This document shows, piece by piece, positions 50,601-56,031 of a DNA stretch of 64,000 nucleotides (positions are counted from its first letter, which is position 1; every line of letters starts with the position of its first letter). The notes under the pieces are model-generated. The model was not told the DNA's origin and made no database searches. It saw only the letters and a list, made by a program, of their open reading frames with translations. Origin of the DNA: a virus; the IMG/VR virus record IMGVR_UViG_3300027754_000060, positions 33,086-97,085 of that record; one strand, written 5' to 3'. Position numbers and translations under genes: made by a program.

Positions 50601-53600
50601 AGACACTTTCTTCATGCCCAACTTACTCATCTCTGCACCAACGACAGCTGAATTTTCTGGATTTGCTAAAACATCACTATCTATATATCCAATATTTCTT
50701 TGAGCAGTAGCCTCAGATTTTTGAGTATTATTTTTAGCACCCACAGATGCGCCCACAGATGCGGCCACAGCCTTTTTTACAGAAACCTTAGTTGCTGCTC
50801 CTCCTCCAGGAACCTTAGTTGCTGCTCCTCCTCCAGAACCTTTTGTTCCAAAGACCCCGTCTCTATTTTCTAGAAAACTTAAAACCTCTGCCCTATACTT
50901 ACTTATTGAGGCACTATCTATTGTTCTTTTAACATCTGTGGGAATATTATCTTCCATTCCAAAGAATTGAGCAGCAGGCCCCAACCCGGATGGAAAGTCT
51001 ATAGACATCGCTCCCTTTGTAGCAGCTTTAGCTCCTAGTTGTGTTAAAATCTGTTGTATAGTATATCCTTCCATTTCTGCTTTGCCTGTTATCGCAAGAT
51101 CTTCTTGAGACATAGGAGTAACAGGAGTCAGATAATGAGCAGTTTTATTAGCTTTCCTAGCTGCTAAAATATTCTGTAAATTATCATCTATTAAATCTTC
51201 ATCATATCCTAAGTTTTTTGCTTTAGCTTGTGCTACGTCATCTCCTGTCATTCCAGGAGTTGATACTCCAGTTACTCTATCAGCACCGATTGGAATACCT
51301 AATCTAGTAAGCGTAGAAGCAATTAAATCAGCTGATGCTTGAGGTCTTGCTGATAATACTCTTATCTTTTTTATAAAGTTTGGATCCTTGTCTAATATTT
51401 CTTTTAGATGAGTTCCTATGGGGGATTTTAATTTAGCGTTTTGTAATGCTTTAGAAACTGCTACCAGATCAGAATATGCTGCAATGTCTGGTTGCCCCTT
51501 ATCATTAAATATGTCTGCTCCACTAACTAGTGTCTCATCAAAATCAATAGCTAAATTTTTTCCAGATCCTAAGAATTCTTCAGCTTGTATAGATTCGGCC
51601 ATATTTTTTGTTGAAGAAGCATTTACTCCCTCCATCTGTTTTTGCAAACTAGCACTCGTCTTTTCAGAAAGTATTCCTATTTTAGTATAAATAGATTTTC
51701 CATTAATCATCTCTGGACCAATAGACATATGTTTGGTTTTTCCTATTAATCCGACTAATCCAAAAATCTCAGATCCAGCGATTGCTTTTTGAGCTATAGC
51801 CTCTTCATCTGCAAAACTTTCAATCACAAGACGGTTCATAAGATCATCGTGCTTATTGGGCACTCTTGATACAAAATCTTTGTCTCTTATGCCTGTACCA
51901 TCTAATCTGCCTTCGTTAACTAATCTTCTATACATATCTCTAAGTGGAATCTTAGCTTCTCCCATTTTTGCCTTAGCTACTCCACCAATACCAAGTTGTT
52001 GAATATCCATTGAATAGAATGGATCATGATCAACGTCATATGATGGATCAGTCCAAGGAACAGCCATAGACATATTTGCAGAATTATAATTAGCAGAAGC
52101 TTTTAAGATTTTTAATGATGATGATCTAGGAAGAATAACTTCTTGTTCTGCTCTTTGCGTTTCTTGAATTCTTTGCTTATGAGGTTCAGCAAGCATCTTT
52201 TCTGGAAGAGCAGCATTAACATCAATACCAGTAGCATCCTTTTTAGTTTTGATATCTAAAAATCCTCGTTGACTAAAATTCATGCCAATTGTTTTTGCTT
52301 TTGAAGTTGATAAAAACCCAGGAAGAGCAAAAGTACTACCAGCGGCACTATCAACATCTTTCTGTGATCTTAATTGATTTCCAATTTGTTTTTTAATAAT
52401 ATCTAATCTAGTTTCTCCAATACCAGTATAAACATTGTCTGGAACTTTAGTTTTTGGTGAAGAATCTAGCTTTTTAATAGTTTCTTTAATGCTCTCCATA
52501 TAAGCTTTATCAGACTCAGAAACTTGCCCCGGTGGACCATAACCCAGATTTCCATCATCTGGATAGGCTAAATGAGTATTAATATCACGAGACCTATTTT
52601 GATAGGTTGCTATAGCATCAACAGGATAAACCGCACCTGCGTCTTTGAATTTTTGAATCCTTCCACCCGCTTTTAATCCCAAAGAATTTTTATAGGCTTC
52701 GTCTATTTCTATGAGAATAGCGTCCCCAGCGTTAACACTAGGATCAAGATCAATCTTATTGGTAAAACCGACCTCCGCAGGCGATTGCTGCTGTGTTTCC
52801 ATCAAATATCTTAATTTTTTAGCATACATAGTCTCATCAGAAGTTCTCTCGTCTCTAAATCTAGTTTCTATCGGAGTTGCAGCAACTGCTGTAAAATCCA
52901 TTGGATCATATTGACCCCCTGTTTTTGAATATCCTGGATATCCCATAATTGGCAGGTATTCGCCCATGAAATCTTCAAATGCAAAACCTTTGCTGAGTTG
53001 ATACTTCTTCTCGTGTCTCTTATCTGTAAAGTTTGTCGCTTGCGCCGCTTGTCTGATATCTGTTGCAAAATCTTGGTTTATAGTCTCTTTGTTTGCATAA
53101 AACTTGTCTATGTCTGTTTTGTCTATCGTGATACGCTGAATATTTCCCTTTACGATATCTTCATTTTGTATATTTGGATCTTCTGAATAATTCTTGTCTG
53201 TAAGGTAACTGCCACTTTTTGCCTGCTTAATCTCTTCTATTTTTTTGCCCTGATTAGCATAGACAGGTGCCACTCCTCCTCTAGCAAATTTTCTAACAAA
53301 ACCCCCACCAGCTAATTGAACGGTTCCTTTATCCCACGTTCTACCAGTTGTATAGTCCTTATCCATAGTAAATCCCTTTGCGAGATATCTACCAAATCCT
53401 CCGCTTTGTGTCTTTACTACATTATCAACTGTAAAGTCCTTTAATTGACCCTCTAGCTCGTTCTTACCCAGTTCAGCTATTTGGCCCGCTGTTGCTCCTT
53501 CAAAAACTTTCTCGTTTCTTGGAATTTTATATCCCGATGCTGTCTCTGGATATTTTTCTGGTCTATTATTTAGCTTCTGTATATTTTGGGCTTTAGATTG

Positions 53601-55928
53601 TGATACAAAACTATCTTTCTTGATCTCATATGTATCAAAATCATTAACTCTAAAGTTTGCTTTAAATTCTTTTCCATCTGGGATAACAGTAGCTGAAAAT
53701 GTATCTCCGTCTGATGCTACTGCTGTATCTTTTACAACTTTGCTAATTCCTACTGTATTTGCTAGACCTCCACCAGCAAACTTTTGAATCCTGCCTCCAC
53801 CAGCATATCCTTGAATACTTCCACCCCTATTCTTATTCATCTTATGCAAGTTACTAGCACCCAGAGTTTCCACAGCTTTTTTACGAATAACAAATTCCCC
53901 CGGTTCTAACATTGCTGGCACAGTATCTCCATTACCTTGACCAGGTACTACTCCTCCTCTGGCAAATTTTCTAACAAAACCCCCACTATTTAATCCAGTA
54001 CCAGGTGGAAATTGAAGATTGTCTATAATACTAGATAATCTATCTATGCTTGCTGTATTTGTAGACAAAGAAACAGTATTACTCTCAAGAGCAATAATAT
54101 AACTATTTATAGCAGTCATACCATATGTTAAAGAAACAATATTATTTGATAAAGTATCTATAGCAGAAGTTAAAGTTCCCATAGCTGCTGAAGAAGCGAT
54201 TATATTAGATGACAGAGAACTAACATTATTTGATAAAGCATCTATAGCAGCAGTTAAGGCGCTATTATCTACTGAAGAACCACTGCCACCAGTAACTAAT
54301 CCACTCAGCCTATTTCCCATATTTCTAACTGCTGATGATCTACCACTAGAATCATCTTCACCCGATCCTTTGTCTGATTTTTTTCCTAATCCTCCAACAA
54401 ATCCACTACCAAACTCAACCATCGCAGACATTCCCTTACTAACTGCTAGAATAGCTAAGATAGGAAGAAGACCCTTGAGACTACCTGCTACAGTTATTAA
54501 AGCACTAGCAAATCCTAAAGCTGTTTTAGCAAGAGTTTGAAATGTGTTACTGGATCCTACAGTTCTCACCAAGGATAAAAATTCTTCTCTAACTTTCATC
54601 ATTTGATTAGCTAATGATAACTGTGCAATACCAGCATCTTTAGCTAATGATCCCTGACCCTGTTGAGCTATTTTTAAAGCATCTTGAGCTGTTGCAAATT
54701 CATGAATCAAAGGAATAACTTTACCAATTTGACGAAATCCACCAAGCTGTTCCACAATCTCACTAAATTTTAAATCTCTAGGATCAATGCTACCTAGTCC
54801 TTCGCTTAAAAGTTGTATAGCTTTGTATGCTCCAACAAACTTACCTTCATTATCTGTTAATACAACTCCAAATTCCTTTAGAGCATCTATAGTATCTCTT
54901 CTTTGTATTCTTGTAAAAATAGTTCTTAAACCCGTAGCAATAGTTTCAGCGCTTTCTCTAGTTGTTGCTCTAACACTAGTAAATACTGCGATAAATTCAT
55001 TTAAAGCGTCCGACCCCTCACTAACTCCTTTGCTAGCTGAAGCAAATACTCCTCCAGTCCTTTGAATAGCTGTAATAATATCACTTGCTTCAACAGCAAA
55101 AGCAGCAGACACAGCATTAATAGATCCTAGAGCACTTTCCAGATCTCCCGCACCAATTTGAAACTGTTTCATTAAAGCAATAGATCCCTCTACAGTTTCA
55201 TTCATACTATCAAAACTTGGAGCAAGATCAGTAAGGGCCAAAGCTCGTAATGCTCTTTCAGTATCCTTGGCGCTTAAACCAGCTTGAGCAAGAGTTCCAG
55301 CCACGCCAATTAATTCAGTAGAAGCTACTCCTAATGTTGTGGACAATGTTGTAATTTCTGACGACAAAGATCCTAACTCTTGTCCATTTTTTCCAGTAAC
55401 TTGTTGAAGCTTAACTAGTTCTTTGTCAAACTGAACAAATGTTGCTAGGCCACTTTTAAGAGCATTAGTAACGCTAAAGATAATAGTAGTAACAGCTGAA
55501 AAAGCAGCAAATCTTTTAACAGCTAGAGCGGATTGTCTACCAAACTCTTCGATCTGAGTACTAGATGCCGAGATTTTTTGAGCAGTATTAGTTTGAGCTT
55601 TTGCTAAATTATTCGACGCTGTTGCTGCAGAATTTAAAGCACTAGAGGTAGAAGCCGATGCTTTATTTGCAGCTCCCATAGCTCCAATAAATGACTTAAT
55701 AGCTCTTTCAGCATCAGTAGCATTGGTTTTTGTTATAGCTAGAGTATTGTTGAGGGTTTGTAGAGCAGAAGTTAACTGGGTCGCATTTCTTATTGACGAT
55801 GCATCGACCTGTATTTTAATATCGCCAGTAATAGTACCAAGTTGTCTTTTTATATCAGATACTATATTTCCAATATTAGAGGGGCCCCTAAGATTTAACT
55901 GTGCAGTTAGATTAAATGCTTGTGCCAT
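38622..55928 (-). CDS. Giant tail tape measure protein (TP901/PhageMin_Tail-type N-terminus) with multiple inserted enzymatic domains
   Basis: 'FDKELVKLQQVTG...LAQAGLS...AVEASDIITAIQRTG...RESAETIATGLRTIFTRI' TMP core; position after tube and chaperone genes; 5768 aa. Confidence 0.9.
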   Translation of the reverse strand: MAQAFNLTAQLNLRGPSNIGNIVSDIKRQLGTITGDIKIQVDASSIRNATQLTSALQTLNNTLAITKTNATDAERAIKSFIGAMGAANKASASTSSALNSAATASNNLAKAQTNTAQKISASSTQIEEFGRQSALAVKRFAAFSAVTTIIFSVTNALKSGLATFVQFDKELVKLQQVTGKNGQELGSLSSEITTLSTTLGVASTELIGVAGTLAQAGLSAKDTERALRALALTDLAPSFDSMNETVEGSIALMKQFQIGAGDLESALGSINAVSAAFAVEASDIITAIQRTGGVFASASKGVSEGSDALNEFIAVFTSVRATTRESAETIATGLRTIFTRIQRRDTIDALKEFGVVLTDNEGKFVGAYKAIQLLSEGLGSIDPRDLKFSEIVEQLGGFRQIGKVIPLIHEFATAQDALKIAQQGQGSLAKDAGIAQLSLANQMMKVREEFLSLVRTVGSSNTFQTLAKTALGFASALITVAGSLKGLLPILAILAVSKGMSAMVEFGSGFVGGLGKKSDKGSGEDDSSGRSSAVRNMGNRLSGLVTGGSGSSVDNSALTAAIDALSNNVSSLSSNIIASSAAMGTLTSAIDTLSNNIVSLTYGMTAINSYIIALESNTVSLSTNTASIDRLSSIIDNLQFPPGTGLNSGGFVRKFARGGVVPGQGNGDTVPAMLEPGEFVIRKKAVETLGASNLHKMNKNRGGSIQGYAGGGRIQKFAGGGLANTVGISKVVKDTAVASDGDTFSATVIPDGKEFKANFRVNDFDTYEIKKDSFVSQSKAQNIQKLNNRPEKYPETASGYKIPRNEKVFEGATAGQIAELGKNELEGQLKDFTVDNVVKTQSGGFGRYLAKGFTMDKDYTTGRTWDKGTVQLAGGGFVRKFARGGVAPVYANQGKKIEEIKQAKSGSYLTDKNYSEDPNIQNEDIVKGNIQRITIDKTDIDKFYANKETINQDFATDIRQAAQATNFTDKRHEKKYQLSKGFAFEDFMGEYLPIMGYPGYSKTGGQYDPMDFTAVAATPIETRFRDERTSDETMYAKKLRYLMETQQQSPAEVGFTNKIDLDPSVNAGDAILIEIDEAYKNSLGLKAGGRIQKFKDAGAVYPVDAIATYQNRSRDINTHLAYPDDGNLGYGPPGQVSESDKAYMESIKETIKKLDSSPKTKVPDNVYTGIGETRLDIIKKQIGNQLRSQKDVDSAAGSTFALPGFLSTSKAKTIGMNFSQRGFLDIKTKKDATGIDVNAALPEKMLAEPHKQRIQETQRAEQEVILPRSSSLKILKASANYNSANMSMAVPWTDPSYDVDHDPFYSMDIQQLGIGGVAKAKMGEAKIPLRDMYRRLVNEGRLDGTGIRDKDFVSRVPNKHDDLMNRLVIESFADEEAIAQKAIAGSEIFGLVGLIGKTKHMSIGPEMINGKSIYTKIGILSEKTSASLQKQMEGVNASSTKNMAESIQAEEFLGSGKNLAIDFDETLVSGADIFNDKGQPDIAAYSDLVAVSKALQNAKLKSPIGTHLKEILDKDPNFIKKIRVLSARPQASADLIASTLTRLGIPIGADRVTGVSTPGMTGDDVAQAKAKNLGYDEDLIDDNLQNILAARKANKTAHYLTPVTPMSQEDLAITGKAEMEGYTIQQILTQLGAKAATKGAMSIDFPSGLGPAAQFFGMEDNIPTDVKRTIDSASISKYRAEVLSFLENRDGVFGTKGSGGGAATKVPGGGAATKVSVKKAVAASVGASVGAKNNTQKSEATAQRNIGYIDSDVLANPENSAVVGAEMSKLGMKKVSDYKMHLSKLAATARGEGSLDRLSAIVGVAGSGKSSLMLGGSKSSEADNASLRKTTRSAILTPEDIASVSQIVDVSATVTPEKLSGYLTSADKVYSLESSTKEQRDEIKRRRGSRDANKDPLKDTLFGRSPGTTAGAPTDSGSMQGMLASEIDPKKLRTMGVDVGGFKLKNEKGERLQGPTAETKSLAVIKGGFAPTTLGHESILDAAKALGFSEEDFAVLVGSNEAITAKDPDAHDFRTVNFDQDFRTILAKAAFSKSIVNKANQDFGMPDIFEGKPGEDGRRHFVRPDYSSSVYMAGPEKSEQQLQKYKDKGYRIAPMGKRTTAEGGEDEISGTATRAAILSGDIPAMRKFLSPAVFDIVQKNLTQLQNREKVLPEIMAGVKSRKDLSLADIDAELANFPARLDRKQMEKDPAYKMMGDQVDALRERKKKIQSHAGFEPFTLMRKLAEQDPEKYGLHLALGGEVYDLQKGTGLKDFEFDQAKKYGDTMGYTIPEFKTYLAKIIEQKKSKAGMKIDSKALLGSLKEPGKTSTPAQLALAAKLKGPSDAAYTPTPSLAEDMVSVNRATRGYAAGGEAVPPSARIPITDPNWVNSGRKFKGTSLDAEESKLRSAAFAANGFLSSASVPQRQKYLHDLAAFYQRNSSSLPTQNYDNKVAAVNKPGSPTMPPPPPKKLGPPLPPPAPKKLGPSLPPPAPKKLGPPLPPPPPPSKKFAIGGAAKVQRYAAGSMVLHAPPPPPPPPPPPPPRKPVVAAVNRPGSPIMPPPPPPPPKPSISNIPKPPSESDVFFKQFLDLKSKLKPADEGQTRLYRVGDVPRDHITPKTVRYMGTEMTPEKKERLMGESATSSSPKAARGKWFTDAPEELDFYIRDNSDILSDLRIYYMDVLNNELQKYNVGKEGGMSQFARNSANHKREFVLDHADKATRMMGPVGPSGFMAGGMAQARRFAVGGVAEAAEAKKIRKDEKIGLTVKPGRVSAKYLDNANASGEVVADRLQELGSAPLFSVQSSSATSGYGPKLYDAVMEGVTESGNQLVSDRHSVSSSAYNVWKYYFKNRGDVNKTPLAPENWYHGSKWFDQTKFPSEDPKTWPPHSDEAWVLQTGYTKSPSDIKNPNLVERFAMGGATSDTVPALLTPGEFVINKKAAESIGYNKLEKMNHADKAQGFAKGGSVGNVQGFASGGYVQRFITGGTANADTLKAVAELGRQAGLTADQMKLNIQQSILERAHRIKADSATAINTNVKGEALLAATRLGPGQKAAAIAGGADTAEAYQKDVDDTRKKLTDTLTTAAGSKAEDPKNAAKIADQVNEMMSAAENNKSMEDVFQTTGFKEMVGYMTSDMAAYDKAIQEMSTQTGLSADSLKTLGVSARDIRIDRSMKQMSDAVQATSAKMIKYSSLVAVLGDNLGSFISGGPEAGRGSKVAGAAISAGASAGTGAFTAIRTGMDTAAKGLTEMSKMPGVMGSAAQKLLPMLANPYVAAGAIAVAAAVGIAAAFMAAHNAAKAFDKALQTKNLETSLEKASEALNDFAKDNTDIGALNKAKSQLGTAGDAAKGLINLDVQVPDAMWVNLFDALGSGNTKQASERSQILQKEGTMGYLKSSSYYGLNPYADDYRQKKMKEYAPEQAKKNAATFSPVKEGIFKVFEAELRNGEKTVDEVFGELKNSSGGVSTFAESIARANPAIEEELLLLEQQKGLKDEEKNKIREGIIAREAEKRTVLSVNAVKRQMAIEDLDKAARTFGLNVDRMLKNMDGAINKTSFELDALSSSLSLSNDALSGNAKSGATSLDSINILKNQGAYSEKDNERARGQAGAFFGADSENIKGLLKVPDKLQDTVLSSVNKTLKKNPSASNESLSSNITMDLDKALKDLNLPPELADKLARETGVAFKDFKGKGGEDSSISYDELTENVGAFSKTISSAERAQDMANRALEFWQKNLNEYSESMNQAAGYQVESNSRMRKASDIKIRADNELNKTLGNSPSMNSQIKITQDSFKARTTGATSDPTAIGESVRRLNDTREQQQKSSDSLVREKGQGGIEEYKMMRTRLNATNVALKENYDALKDMAENTDIASAALARMSEIKEQRKSGENLIERLVTSDQEGIAKFNSSMLRLNNNMKGVANVGTTSEQRSQSLQDFNSIAPLLGNGKKQSELKANVLESQLSEAGIGVDPMMQQVLDSLRNPEDDPQMTAAQDAYNLGNTLQSEANKELGNISKLMAEQTAETAAIKLSSATTDVAISYNDKKLDDINKGIQDLIAEVKKNKGAGGLSSGGMVYASEGRHINFQPKGTDTVPAMLTPGEFVVNRSATQQNLPLLKSINSGAGRYQKGGSVGYYDRGGVVAALEGKPPDEGAIENYSALKSDVLDRNKRIRETTSPFPKYEDVQKAAASVIADTSGKTLQIGDAQWVATGPTASARTSIDSSSTVNPLIRETTNNPLALKTQDGVKATAGYGYDNVREFNNKIDQDVGDGTKLSAQKSVGKILGPKSMGDLKLATISDEKSRVPLSEKNRPEYMKNMEKIISWANSYDPHRKEPTIEDILKTQNETMDATLKYYKQSPDNFNPLGMLSVLGNNMVLAKGLAAKTPGMKFATFYEDNLSPKNLSNTATPHNIGIVNTGGEILWNIDNQAKTNEIVLANVKDDFITNQKDYFNNVSKQYEEVKQLKSANYKESGESIRVKRNLTALDEFYDEKIPEVKISEKDFANLDTLGFEGSAFPITLLGPTSNKAVKWADIETKLKQKYLDKGEEPDGPGTYYHEAGPPPRGISLFEHDTDSNITGKEQTYRWLSDRANQYLSEEGDKSLEGFKPGAEVADIFKVQQKEYHQGQFQFGYKEVESPVWNNTNRSWGKDKKSYIVAEGLAATKDVNSSNPFIEYPLTGDPIVYPSIKELLDELQIHTPVYNAQTGMEDPALGVPFQYNLQTHKMATEDDLKANDLSKNLFSKTPQAKNSIVTSEDGSYKPVPFTFQAKAFEDSRKARIEKAKKQASITNYNQVDQSLTPKEVESQQFKFTDAKRVTIARALYNQGVQDQQLLGGANIQSVEDILSVLSPLNDDMTNITDKKSAAYLRKDAYRAGFTDLYKGEAQLQRLLQYYNGLGLSTDDNAFSVKEEEPSKIRLGEMTTKYWHNWTGDGNLGDLINREVETKLLNKTNYKLSDEDAAASEMALDRGIFYKLDKDENGNIVKKTRVEDPKARSINDMIGLAYSPESIFYNPFDRIALMRIIENDYNNRIDENGLRVFNDRDPGTLEIKEILKEGSALRNYYEARDTILNTSGVYGKVTDDAVKSLKDNIAALQEEDPSLAVGNEDAIKTMLDYLKDFLPQEQSARWTGNNYGLLWGKEKIIAGMTGLLPENQKDYGTEQKVEKGKELPQLINRGGMVYASKGQHINFEPKGTDTVPAMLTPGEFVVNRASTQQNLPLLKSINSGAGRYQKGGSVGYYNGGGIVAALETASGLAKTALEPLLLKMKDGLLKPMTLDYLEKYVPGFDALASAVDMITGAYGLYLGESAQTGEDSSAATNMAAKSLDAVKLAADTANFVDAIKLLRGGPLGKKFLGGVSEKGAAYLEMLQGAYDGYMDEKAIAQGMDPATRIVLGVISGSASSGGAYTNGSVSYAIGRPLSENEDEMVAALEATARGALIGNDIVPGGLGLAAGAILGAASEPYKVQTQVWSLRSENAARQKKLDAEFERLHKRQAYRVVLKQQIEQRDQLAMGSKEYTSKQDQIYSTMTDIRSMGGSFPGDEGANQFAANESKGISSDSSTLLATTNTGNSRHGAQQLSLGGTVYASKGSHINFQPRGTDTVPAMLTPGEFVVNRQSTQQNLPVLKAINSGTYSHGDIVRNLSRGGLSVPRYYLNGTNNGVPATGQGPSQGSSQAFDFTSFMNTFKDMLKTGLDTLKSLSPKSSGVSDSSQGSVSSIDNFVSRLDKIATTLASLNIPPEIKITGKHDINVIINGDTVLNQLKPDIANIVASSIKKAFQDFKALNPSSSETMNFDI
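40293..40375. repeat. 83-bp perfect direct repeat, copy B
   Basis: Identical to 43605-43687; a third, diverged copy of the block lies at about 39120-39260. Confidence 0.95.
43605..43687. repeat. 83-bp perfect direct repeat, copy A (within a ~190-bp similar block)
   Basis: ataatatcctacagatccgcc...aaattttgctgagtag is identical to 40293-40375. Confidence 0.95.
47410..47710 (-). other. TMP cassette: GNAT acetyltransferase-like domain
   Basis: ATSGYGPKLYD...LVSD..SVSSSAYNVW. Confidence 0.6.
47845..48200 (-). other. TMP cassette: second, ART-PolyVal-like ADP-ribosyltransferase domain
   Basis: RLYR...GKWFTD...FY...IYYMDV...REFVL. Confidence 0.6.
48295..48640 (-). repeat. Pro-rich repeats in TMP: 3 x 36-nt KKLGP(P/S)LPPP(A/P)P units, poly-Pro, and duplicated VAAVN(K/R)PGSPxMPPPPP
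   Basis: Visible in both DNA and translation. Confidence 0.85.
49530..50050 (-). other. TMP cassette: HIGH-class nucleotidyltransferase (NMNAT/PPAT/cytidylyltransferase-like)
   Basis: GGFAPTTLGH and ISGTATR motifs. Confidence 0.8.
50250..50545 (-). other. TMP cassette: P-loop kinase domain
   Basis: AIVGVAGSGKSS Walker A; IVD strand; RRRGSR lid-like motif. Confidence 0.7.
51150..51560 (-). other. TMP cassette: HAD-superfamily phosphatase domain
   Basis: DFDET (motif I), LSAR (II), K (III), IDDN..N (IV). Confidence 0.8.
52095..52630 (-). other. TMP cassette: VIP2/C3/Alt-like ADP-ribosyltransferase domain
   Basis: Y....INxxL, VYTG (canonical VYRG), GFLSTS, EQEVILPR. Confidence 0.8.
52700..53010 (-). 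other. TMP cassette: PD-(D/E)xK-like nuclease domain
   Basis: KGFAFE...DPMDF...IETR (K replaced by R). Confidence 0.5.
53370..53745 (-). other. TMP cassette: thermonuclease (SNase)-like domain
   Basis: SDGDTF...FRVNDFDTYE...GGFGRYLA corresponds to DGDT / R..gid.pE / yGR.La. Confidence 0.65.
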
Positions 55929-55953
55929 AAGCTATGCTCTATTCTAAATGGTT

Positions 55954-56003
55954 AATAAAAGACACTCCCCACCTAGAAAAGATCTTCTAAATGGGGTAGT
56001 ATC
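55954..56003 (-). terminator. Intrinsic terminator/attenuator-like hairpin immediately upstream of the TMP gene
   Basis: - strand GATACT-A-CCCCATTTAGAA-(GATCTT)-TTCTAGGTGGGG-AGTGTC-TTTTATT: an 18-bp stem with 3 G-U pairs followed by a U-rich tract. Confidence 0.7.
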
Positions 56004-56031
56004 CTCTATTTTTGTTATAATTATAATAAAA

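Noticed and set aside
38622-55928. Inteins or introns explaining the TMP size
   Set aside because: No C/S-start...HN-C/S/T splice motifs or LAGLIDADG blocks were seen; the inserts are bounded by GG linkers instead.
7764-55947. Numerous short + strand ORFs (e.g. 50011-50598, 45358-45774)
   Set aside because: Antisense shadows of long - strand genes, with no SD sequences and no recognisable motifs.
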